Below the pieces are notes generated by a model. The model was given only the letters and a program-made list of their open reading frames with translations, did not search any database and was not told the DNA's origin. Below, piece after piece: positions 53,364 to 64,000 of a DNA stretch of 64,000 nucleotides. Each line of letters starts with the position of its first letter. Within the stretch, counting starts at the first letter, position 1. The stretch is taken from the NCBI GenBank assembly GCA_027604505.1, contig JADIIX010000014.1, positions 1-64,000 of the forward strand, given 5' to 3'. The position numbers were made by a program, and so were the translations under genes. The stretch comes from Gonapodya sp. JEL0774 (taxonomy: Eukaryota).

Positions 53364-54761
53364 ATGAATCTGTTCAAGAACGAAGTTCTCGCGCAAATCA
53401 TCGCACAATCCTCCACTGACACCGACTTGCTACGAATCTGTCTCACATGCTCTAAACTCTCTGAGTTTCTTGGCGATGGGACCGTGTGGAGAACGCGCGC
53501 GGTGGAGAGATGGGGTGTGGCCACGGTGGAGCAGAAGAGGGGGGAAGCTGTGTTAGAAGTGGATGATAAGGAAATTTACAAAATGCTTTGTGAGTGCATA
53601 TGTCTTTTCCTTCTTCCTGTTATGGACTTTCCTGAACACGTTGGTCATATGCAATCGGACATGGCACGGCTCCGCCGCACATCGGGACTCCGTAGCGAAC
53701 CCCATGTTGAGCGTGGAGACGTGGAGTATCGTTCACTTGGAGAGGAATAGTAGCTCTTGGGAGCAAACCGGACACTGGTCTAGATATCCAGATAACGACA
53801 GGTGGTTTCGTGTCGCTGTTCCCGTTGCGTTCAGACAGTCTGTCTGACATGTCCTCCACAGTCCCTCCCAGTGGACAGCGTCACTCAACAATGTTTGGTG
53901 GCTCGAGGCAAGTTTATAGAGGGACTGCTGTTCTGTTTGGCGGCGGAGAATTCTCACCTGTGATCACAGTGTGACGCAATCACGAAGGGTGTCCTCCCAG
54001 GCGTTTATCTACCTGTCCTCCACATCCGCTTCCGAGCCTCGGTAGGGTGGTTCAACGAATCAGCTGCGATTCGCTTTTGTGCTTGGACCCCACCACTCGA
54101 TGACGACGACGGAGAGGTTCAGCCTGTGGGGTACGAAGTTGTCCGAGGAGGACCATCCCGCCGCTCACCCACGCCAGCACAACCTATTCGAGAAGGCTCC
54201 CCAGGCAGTGGTATGGAGGGCCTTTGGTACGACTCAAATGACTCTCCGGTCGCGCTCACACCTTTGAGCGAGTTTGTCCTTTCGCTTTCGGAACGTCCAC
54301 AAAATGATCAGTGGCTCCTGGCCACACCCAACGTCAGCATGACCGGTAGCTTTCTTACGATACCGCAAGTAGTGCGTTATTCTAGCGAGACATTAACTGG
54401 CGGCAGTGAACGCATCGGGGCTGTGAGGAGCAGAACGGTCTGCTTCCGTGTCTGGGATCACAAAAGTACGCTAAAACTTGGGATCGACTTTGCAGGCGTT
54501 GAGCTTATTAGGGTGGATTCCCGATGTTTGGACGGTCTGGAGGATCGAGACCGGATGATGGATGGTGCCACGCTCGCGCGATCAGAAGGCAACTCTCCAC
54601 TCGAAGCAACTGTGGAACCTGTTGAGAGGAGTTCTCGAACGCAAGCCGTTTTATGGAACAGTAGAACAAATCTCCGCCAGTACTTGAAGACTTTTGCGAC
54701 AGTGGGCCTTGGAAGTCCTCTTCCCCTTCCTCAACCCTCTGTATTGGTGGCTTCTACTTAG
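53364..54761 (+). CDS. F-box-like protein
   Basis: LFKNEVLAQIIAQ...DLLRICLTCSKLSEFLGDGTVWRTRAVERWG resembles an F-box; the downstream exons are unrecognised. Confidence 0.55.
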
Positions 54762-55026
54762 TTCTTAGGTGTTTCATTTCTTGATTTGGAGTATCGAGCT
54801 TGTGGTCATGATTACCATACTGGAGATGAATTGAGTATCATAAAGTCTCTCAAATAAATCAGGGGTATACAATGACAATAGTTCGGGGTAGTATTAGTGA
54901 CTTTATATGCAATACGATTAATGCAGATCGGTATTGTGCTGTCAGTTTTCAGAAAGGTGGGAGTAGGAAGGTTTGTCTTTAGAAGTTAGACAAAGATATC
55001 GCACAAGCCTACATACCAGAGTAGAC

Positions 55027-57650
55027 TTATACTATAATACTGAAGGGGAGTGCGTCTTCTCCAAGTCAGGTGATTAGTTTGAGTCTGTACGAACACTTCC
55101 AACAGAGATGGCAAATACCTTGCACTATAGGAAGAGATCCACCCCTACGTCCTGCTTTTTCGAGCTTGGACAACAGGACCCAAAGTGTTTGCATTAAGGT
55201 ACTCATTGCATCTGGAGGGGCCAACATGAAATCTGGGAGCATCCGGATGACGTCACGAGCACGAAGAGTCATGCCCGCATCCGACGGGAGACCTGCGTCG
55301 GTAGTGTGATGAGCTCCGACAAGGAGGATCAGAGAGCAGTTGAGGAGTCTAAAATGGAACGCATACAGCGCAATGCAGAGCAGCCACAGCAAAATCCACA
55401 ACTCACAAATGGCCCAAAAAAATGTCTTTCAATTTGCGTATGATGGCTGATGCACGGGGGATTCGAGGGGCCAATTCTGCGAGGTTCATCGCGGCGGAGA
55501 CCGATTTGAGGAATGATGGTGAAACACACTGCAAAACATGACAGAGGAGTGCCATTGGATCAGAACTCCTTGCAAGGTTGTTCATGCCGATTACCCACCC
55601 ATAAGCCCAAGCCCTCTCTTCCTGAGCCAGGTGGTAGTAAGAATGAGACTCCTTCTGTGTGTGCAACTTCAGGTGTGGGGAATGCCTGCGATCCTGGAAG
55701 CTGGGTCGGTCCATGAAGCACTTCACCGAGGGGGAGTTGTTGAGCGCACCAAAATATAAATCAAGGAACGAATGTACGACTTACATGCCAAGATACCCAA
55801 ATAGCATGTGTGGAGATAAACAGCATCTTGTGGTGTCATATCACAGTCATCCATCGTGCACATATCGAACCGTTGCTTCCACACCAACAAATCTTCCTCC
55901 AGCTCGATCGCTCGTAATCGAACGCGAGTACCGATCACGCTTTCAGAGGGTGAGAAAGGAAGGACTTGCGCTGTCCAGCAGTAATTGTGGAAGTCACGGA
56001 CTCGACTGAACAAGGACCACAAGGTCATTTCCAGTGCAAGAGCTCCGACCGGAAACGACGGTGTCGCGGCAAAGAAATTTGCGATCGTCGGCGTGTGTCT
56101 TGCAGAATGTGCAGACTCCGGTGCGTCCCAGAGGCTGCCAGAGGGAGTTGGGTTGTTCAAAAGTCGTACAAATTACAACGGAAAGGCCTTCCCCAGTCTC
56201 ACCGGCTGTCACATGGTAGTCGAAGGTTTTCAAGTCCGTCATCACTAATCATCTTGGGATGGTGCCTAACAGCAACGGATTGGCGGTCCATGAAAAACAT
56301 GATCCAGAAGCACCTCCGGCAGAGTTCTTTTTGAGCTTCTGTGTTAGCAATGTTCCCGAGGTAGGTCTCACTGTAGAGCCCCAAAGCATGTATTGTACCG
56401 ATAGCTTGAGTGCGGTATAAGTCGTTGGCCTCAAGCTACCGGGGAAGACATTAGCCATCACACCACTGGCAGCACAATGTGCGGAAACCCACCCAAAAAT
56501 TTGCTCCCGTGTACACCATGGCAAGCATGCATCCTTGAAATCCAGAGAGTGAGGGTCGATCGGCATCAGCTTTTAAGAGCCGTTGAAGCCTTGGGAATAA
56601 GGAGTTGCGGGCGAAAGCTCGTGCTTCGGGACTATCTTGGTGTAATGCGCCCACTGTCAGAACGCCATAAAGCAAAATTGCATTTGCTGCTGGGTTTTTA
56701 AGAAAGGATTGCCTGTCAATGATTGGGAATGTCGATGCAGCTTGTGCGAAATATGCTCGGATAAGGTCATTGGTGAGGGATGGGGGTGGTAGTGGTGAAA
56801 TCTTGGCATCAAGAGGCAACAAATGTGGGAGTGAAAAACGACATTTAGATGTGCTCAGAATCGTTTACTCACATCATCAAACATGGAGGGCTCACGGCGG
56901 AGTACGTGTTTTCTGGATTGCTCCTGGGCAAGTTGAAGGTACACTCCAAGTTTATAAGGAGCGGTCATAGTAGATACAGAGGCAATAGCTGAAGGTTCGA
57001 GCATCGTTGTGACTCCCTGCGTCATTTTTGTGAGATCTTCTTCTGCTGAAGCACCTCCAGATGGGTCCATTGAATCCACCCTATCCTGCCCCGACGGCCA
57101 CAATTCAGCAGTTGGTATCGGTGATGCGGAATCACTTTCACTTGAGCGAAGGCTGGGAGGGGTACGCTCGTTGGAGCTCGAGCTAGTCCCATCAAGCTCA
57201 TACACCGCAGGGTCTGGGGTTTCCCCGTACTCAGTTTTGATGCTCCTCGGGCCACCAAAGGCATCCACCTCCAGTTTATACACTGATGCTCTATTTGTTT
57301 CCTCTTCTTCATCCTCGGATGACACTTCTCGATAAGCTTCGCGGTGCTGACTATTGCGAGAGCGCTTTCCTCGACGGGGCTTGTCCCGGACAGGAGAATA
57401 CGTGCACACGATGTCCAGGCGGGAGCATCGTGAACATGGCTGAGAAAAATAGGAAGCGATTGATGGACGGCGAATGTTTCGGGCAATTGTTGAACCAATT
57501 TCATTAGGAGACTCAATAACCAAAACTAGATTTGGCACTCACCGATACCCCCTCGCAATGCTGCTTCCGTCTTACGCAAGCATCGCAGGTTCCTCTCAAT
57601 CGCCTTTGAGTTCCTTGCCTTCCATGTGAGTCCCGCTTCTCTGCCTTCAT
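55027..57650 (-). CDS. Zn(II)2Cys6 transcription factor with fungal-specific TF (middle homology) domain
   Basis: CDACVRRKQHCEG-PCSRCSRLDIVC; LIRAYF...FPIIDRQSFL; ELCRRCFWIMFFMDR. The 3' end is approximate. Confidence 0.88.
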
Positions 57651-58204
57651 TACAAGTGTGCTAAGTCAGTTCTGGGGAAGGCCAAAGCCTGCATATGTGC
57701 TCTGATTATTTCAACGCCACTTCGCAATTTGGCAAAATACATATATATTGCACGACAACTTCCATCGAATTTGGGTACAACGATTCCGAGCTGCCAGTGG
57801 TGGCAGTCGTAATTGTTACTTGTATATCGGTGGACAAGAGATTTTTGTCGAGGGTCATAGTTCATGATGTGGCGACAACCCACTTCTCCCAAAATGTGGA
57901 AATCATTTTGGAGAGGGCTTGATTCGCACAATGGTGCGAATGCAAATTCACTTCAGCTGTCACCGACAAATCGCACTTTGCGATGCGGTGACTTCCCACA
58001 TGACCACTAAAGCGGAGGATTGCCTTGTGCAGGTTCATCTCGGTTGAAGAAAGGTTGCCACAGCATGACTCGTCCTTCGGCGAGATGAACCCACATATTG
58101 CTTCTTACGAATTGCAATTCCCACTACGAAAATTGCCTTCGCCTAGATGCCTGCGACACAAGTGAAAGCCTCAAATACCTTCGTGATTGACCTGACAACT
58201 GCAA

Positions 58205-60073
58205 TTATGTTCTTCTCCCACTCTTGCCTCCGTCCCAGTTCTCCCATATTGGTATTTCTATCTCAAATCCAACGTCATAATCGTCGTCACCGCGACTACT
58301 TCGTGGCCGTTTCAGGGGTTGTCGTATGGCTGGTGAAGAGGAGCGTGGTTTCTCAGGCGGAGCAGGTGAGGGAGCAGGTCGCAACAGGGGAAAGGCGGGC
58401 ATAGGGATTACTGGCTTGGACAACTTGGGCAGGGCAGGCGGCGGGTCTGTTCCTTCACTCCAGAACTGTGCCAGCTTGTTCTGCTGAGTGGAATCCGCAC
58501 TCGAGACAGACCCGCCTAGTACATTCACACCACCTGGCGGTGACTGCTGTTGAACAGTTATCGCATTAGGCGGGGTATAATCGAAACTGACAATTGCTGG
58601 TGGAAGTGGAACGGCAGGATTGATGGGGAACTCAAACCCTTTACTCAGAAGTAATGCGTTTGTCGGAGACACCATCGCAGGGCTAGTTGCCGCGGCCGCG
58701 CCCTGCACATCCCCGGCGCCAGTGCCCGGGGGAGGTATAATACCAAGTTTTTGTTGCTGTTGCAGGGTCCATTCCGCCCACCTCTCAGACTTCCCAGGTT
58801 TGGTTATCACGGTTTCTCTTGATTCGACAGGTCCCAATGCAGATGTGGATTCCCATATAGGTGAAGATACGCCCGGCTGCCCCACTTTCAATGTCCTCTC
58901 TGTTTCGCGATCAACTGGGATGCTGGCTGCAGGGCCTGCATTAGACACCTTGCTCATCTGTGAACTACTTTTCCGCTCCACAATACGGATGCGTTCGTCT
59001 TCTCGATCAGTCGTTTGACCTCCATCGACATCGAAAGTGTCTTTGGTCGTCAAAGAGGAACGATCTCGTGGATCTCGGGATGTCTGTTTTGCCTGTGTGC
59101 TTGCGAGCCGTGGATCGCGAGAGGAGATTACAAATGGGCGAGGTGCAGCGGATGATACGGTGAGTGGTGGTAGTTGTGGCTGCACAGCAACCAACGGTGC
59201 AGGAGGGGTCACGGCCGATCCAGGGGGCAATGCAGGTGCGATGGGAAAAGTGGATTTATCATGAAATGGAACTGGACGCGGGGTTTCTGGCAACCACGGT
59301 GGATTGAAAGCAACAGCATTCGCTGGGGGTTTCGGGACCTTGTCACCAAGCGAATTTCTGTAGGTCTCTCACTTTGAACGCATTCCGATGTTGGAAATTA
59401 GCTCACCAGCTCGCCATTCAAGGAATCTTCAGCAATCCATTCATTTAAAGAAACGTTCGGTTTCGTGCGAAAGGGGAGTGTGATGCTATCGATTGTATTC
59501 ACAGAGCAACCCGCACTTGCAGTGGAACGAGGACTATCGCTATCTGTTTCGGTGCTCACCTTCCAATTCTTTGTATCCGTGTACTATCACGTACTTGGAG
59601 CTTGAGATGTTTGTCGTGCAGATTCGATGTCCTGATAACGGATTGGGTGAAGACCATATTCGATGCTACTGTGTGTTTTTCAATCACGAGACTTACGCCC
59701 CGGTGATCTTGAGAATATCTCCCTTCATAATATATTGACCGAGTGGGCCCATCACGCTCATGGCAACACTGCCTGTCTCATCTGCGACCCAAAAGTTGGC
59801 GAGAAATGTTTTCTCTCGTTCCCCACTGGGCAGATTCCGGCCACCCATGGGATGGGGCATGGTTCGGTCGAGTACTATAACGGTGAGCTCCAGGTCTTTC
59901 ATTGTTGGTTTTAGAGTCCCTATTCGCCGCAGAGAACGATCAACCGCTTCTGGGCCATTCCCTCTGCCGAGCCCGCCCCGATTCCGTCCACCTCGCGACC
60001 CTCCTTGTGGAGTTCCTCGGCCTCTAGCTCTAGATGCTCCCCTTCCATGGCCGGTAGAAGGCGCGTCCGACAT
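58205..60073 (-). CDS. SSB1/NABP (SOSS-B-like) OB-fold ssDNA-binding protein with RGG N-terminus and long disordered C-terminus
   Basis: IGTLKPTMKDLELTVIVLD...VADETGSVAMSVMG...GDILKITG, then exons LKLQV...IQRIG and PFRTKPNVS; this follows the hSSB1 OB-fold pattern. Confidence 0.8.
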
Positions 60074-60229
60074 GGGTTTATGGTCGAGAACCGCCCAAGT
60101 GATCATAACCTAACCCCCCCTTTCAGTTTGAAATGCGAAGTTCGCCTGGACAGATTACATCATACATGTTTTGCGGGGCTCATCAAATGACTATGAAAAA
60201 ATAGCATATCAGCATTGCAAATTCATTCC

Positions 60230-61682
60230 CTAGACGTTCGAGGTAATGCCGGAGATTTCCATCGAGTTGAGGATGTTCAGGCATATTTCGTTTCGGTAGC
60301 TAATCGTTGCAAGGCATAAGCAGAGCATAAGCAAGGTCAGTACGTCTCTCCTTTGGAGCTCTCGAGCTACTCACTCTTCGGCCACGGTCTCCAGATTGTC
60401 CAGAAGATCCATTACATCGACTCCGTCTCCTTCCACTCCTTCCATCTTGACCAAGAACCTCCTTGTTTCCCGCAACTTCGAGCGGAGAATTGGACAAGGG
60501 GAAGTTTTCTTGTCAATCGCACCAGTGAGCTCTATGAAGCTGGACCGCAGCTCGGGGTTGAGTGTGGCATACGTCTCCGGCGGGGTAGGCAACAGGATGG
60601 AGTACAGATCCGGCGTGGCCATCTTTGTTACATCTAGAGGCGGCGGCGGGGGCGATGAGTAGAGTCCATTCATGGTGCTTTTCGAGAAGTCGAAGTTTGC
60701 AGCATCGCCAGCCTCGGCGACGTGGTTTGCGAGAATATCGAGCCTACAAAGCCTCAGATCCAGTGAAATGATAGCATTTTCAAGTACATCGCTTTACCAC
60801 ATACGCTGCAATTGTTGATGCGGGCCACTCTGGCCAATCGTGGAAAAATGTTGGTTTCACTTTGAGGAACGATTGGAACCGGGTGAAGAACTAGGTTCCA
60901 GTACCGCACTGTTGGGATGAGCGCACAACATTCTCACCTGAACGTGTTGAATACGGGTTCCAATGATTAACCCAGGCTTCGCCCATCCACGTTTTGCTGA
61001 ACGACTGAGAGGTGGCAAGAAAGGTGAACGTGATCTTGCAATCTCATGCAACAGAACAACGTATCACCTGTCGAAGTCCTCTTTGTTCATCCGGTAGCAG
61101 CTCTTTCGACAGAAGGGGTTCTATGTTAAACGTTTGAGCCTGGGGAGTACCAACAGTAGGGTCCACGCCGAAGCTTTGTTCATAGACCAACAGGTTTGGG
61201 TTAGTTGGGGAGGAGAGGGTCGATGATGGTGCTGGCGAGGGCGCCTGCTGTCCATCTGCGCTTGGCGATTGTCCAAGAATGGGGCCGGCAGATTGTCCAG
61301 TTTTATTGTCACCCAACGTTGGAATAAGGATACCCGGATTGTCACTCGAAAGCCGGACAATTAGGTTCGTGAGCAGCCGCACTTGTGACGCAAGATTCTT
61401 ATTTTCCTCTCTCAGAAGGATATTTTCTGCTTGTAGCTTTGTTGAGAGTGATTCTGACTCCTCCAACTTGGATCGCATCGCGAACTGCTCCCGTTGTTTT
61501 CGCAGTCGCCAAGCCTTCACACAACGACATGAACAACTGGGCTACGTACGAAACGCCGCCGAATATCAAAAAGTCACCTTCTGCGCTATCTTGTTTCTTT
61601 CCCTGGGATCCACCGACTTTCGGCTTTTCGTATCATCAGAGTCCGACGGAGACTCGGCAGAGCTTTCCCGGACAGGTGGCAT
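60230..61682 (-). CDS. bZIP transcription factor (AP-1/Yap-like basic region)
   Basis: Spliced REKNKIAQK-AWRLRKQ basic region followed by a heptad Leu zipper (LEESESLSTKLQAENILLREENKNLASQV). Confidence 0.8.
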
Positions 61683-61850
61683 CAAGTGAAGTGGCTGATT
61701 TTTATTCCTCTTAATGAATTGCCCGTGTGTAGCCGAATTTGCAAGTTGCGGAAGTCGTATTCTTATCGATGCCCAGTGGCCGTGTCTGGGCGGTGCGGAG
61801 CATCAATTCATATTATAAATCTACAAAGAAGAGACTGCTTGAGCCCTGGC

Positions 61851-64000
61851 TTAATCGTCCAGACCTTGCCCGCTATATTTCCATTCACTCTGCCACTTCT
61901 CAATCAATTCACGCAGCATACTGCGACTCCCAGACTTCTCATCTGCCGTTGCCACCAAGAATTTCAAATCATGTTCTTCGCAAAGATCGATTACGGCAAA
62001 GAGTCCCGGTCGTAACTTCGTTAATATCTGTCCATCTGATATAGGTCGACGGGAAGCTTGGATTGTCGCGAACTCGGCGAGAATAATAATTACGTGCTTT
62101 GTCAGTTTCCTTGCATCGTTTTGAAATGCAGACTGGCTTTTCTGTGATCTTTTGTTCTTCTTGACGCAAGCACTTGCGAGAACACGTGTGTAGAGTGCAG
62201 AATGCGATGCTGACAATGGCGAGTCAATGCGCGACGAGGACACCTGGCGCTCCGCCAGAGTGGCAAACCCAGGATGCTTTTGTCGGAATACTCGATCAGT
62301 GTCTGAAGAAATAGTGTGTTCATTGTTGCGATGTGGTGCCGAGCGTTCTGGTATCCGGAAAAAATGGAGCAGCATTAACATGACCATAACGAATGCCGGG
62401 GCAATATTAATGAGAAGCTTCCGATGATGCGTTGCAATTCGCAAAAGAAGGCTCAACACCATTGATCCAAATTTGATGGTGGAAATTGAATCCCGGTTAT
62501 CCGAGTTCCCTTCTTGGAGCCACCGAAACATGAAACTGCTGATTGCGCTGAATCCTAAAGCAAAGGTGCTAGGGTTAAATTTACAGAGCTTTTATGAAAG
62601 TGCATGAAAACTGAGATGTTAACCGACTGCGTGTAGTAGCTTCGTTCGGTATATGGATCACCCACCTTGCCCTCGAAGAGCCGCCCGAAACAATCCACTG
62701 CGATCGCGGCCGTCGAAAGTGAGGACCCATCAACAATGTTGCACGTGAGTTGAGTGAAGTCCTCCAAGTGCTCTTCTACCCAAACCACAGCCTGGGCATC
62801 GATACCGCCAAATATCTGACCCAGCGAGAGAAGAACCGGCTGCATGAGGTTCACATCCCTCCTCTCTAGCACGTCCATGTGAAGCGACAATACAGAAGAA
62901 AGAAGCTGAACGTCAAGCTTGTGAGTTATGATGGTGCTTATTGTTTGAATCGCCCGGAGGTTTACGGCGCTGGCTGCTCGAAGTAATACTTCTTGGTACA
63001 GCATAACCATAGATTACAGTTAACATCCACCCACTCGGTCCTATTCCTGCCGAAGAAAGCCAGAGTACTTGGAAGACAGCCTTCACCAAAGCGGTGTCGG
63101 GATGCCACTGCAATAGGATGATGCTTGCATCCAGGATGAGTGAAGCGTAACTCTGTGGACATCGTGAAAGCGCTACGAGTAGAGTTACGAGCAATGGTTT
63201 GATCTTGGCGATGTTGGATCGGACTGCATGAAGTACATAAATCGGTGAATGTTCCATGGCGAAGGAAGTTAGGGACACTCACCGGTATCGAAGGTGTGTG
63301 ATAGCAAAACCGCGCGTTCCAGGAAGCCAAATGCTGCCATCAACCGGTGATGTGATACAACTGATTGCACTGCATCAGGATACTGCTCCCGCGTCCTGTC
63401 CCTGAAGCTCCGCAATTCGTCTGCTGCTATGTCGGTCAAGGCGTAGACTAATCGCTCGACACCGATTGCAACCAGGTCTTTATGTGGTGCGTCCGTAGGA
63501 GGCAAGGTTGGGACTGCACTCTCGCGAAAAGCTGTCAGAAGACACGTTCCGAGAGCAAGAGACTCGAAAGTTCCGCTCGTCAAATTTCTGGGTGGAGACA
63601 GCAAAGACGTAAATTCCATCAATTGCGGGCACCCAAATTCACTTCGCTGACTTGTTTGACTCAGCGCTGTGGTGAGGACGGTCATCGAATCGACGAGTAT
63701 CTGGGCATCCGTGGGAAAGTGGGTGGCATACTCGACTGCCGTGTCAATGTACCATTTCGCGATGCTTGGCACAGTCTGTCGATTGGTTCGATTTAATGAT
63801 CGACATGAATGCAACCACACATTTGTACCGCAAAAGACTCACCAAAGCACTCCATTTCTCTCTGTACCTTAAGTAACGAGCCTGCAGATATCTTACGACT
63901 TTCCTTCCCGTCACTTTGGGTTTGCTGAGACTCGGTTGATCGAAGACGCTTTTGTCAGCAACTAAGAGATACCCCAAAATTACGTCAAGCTGCTTGGGAT
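61851..64000 (-). CDS. URB2: URB2/Npa2 ribosome biogenesis factor, 3' part (gene continues beyond the window)
   Basis: Helical Leu-rich exons ending in KHVIIILAEF...LRPGLFAVIDLC...LRELIEKWQSEWKYSG, resembling the Urb2 C-terminal domain. Confidence 0.7.

Overview
Eukaryotic DNA with many short GT-AG introns. It is almost certainly fungal (two Zn2Cys6 transcription factors); the intron density and an NABP/SSB1 gene suggest an early-diverging lineage (inference). The first ~23 kb is a repeat- and pseudogene-rich compartment. It contains a CpG-depleted TE-like relic with a 481-bp-period duplication, a low-complexity repeat, a poly-G/assembly-gap block and an atypical protein kinase. It also holds a TET/JBP-family 2OG-Fe(II) DNA dioxygenase gene placed head-to-head with an uncharacterised 371-aa gene, a large orphan gene, and a Rad17/Rad24 pseudogene with a stop in Walker A. 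From ~23 kb the sequence is ordinary gene-dense chromosome. It starts with a putative redox/detox cluster (NmrA-like reductase, two divergent aldo-keto reductases, Zn2Cys6 TF). Then follow F-box/LRR, S1 serine protease, PIF1 helicase, acyl-protein thioesterase-like, MYND, SDR, a glycosyltransferase-like protein, F-box-like, a second Zn2Cys6 TF, SSB1/NABP, bZIP and the 3' part of URB2. The most notable item is the TET/JBP plus partner cassette, with no recognisable KDZ transposase nearby, in a region showing signs of methyl-C deamination. All calls come from manual translation and motif recognition; the outer exon boundaries are approximate.
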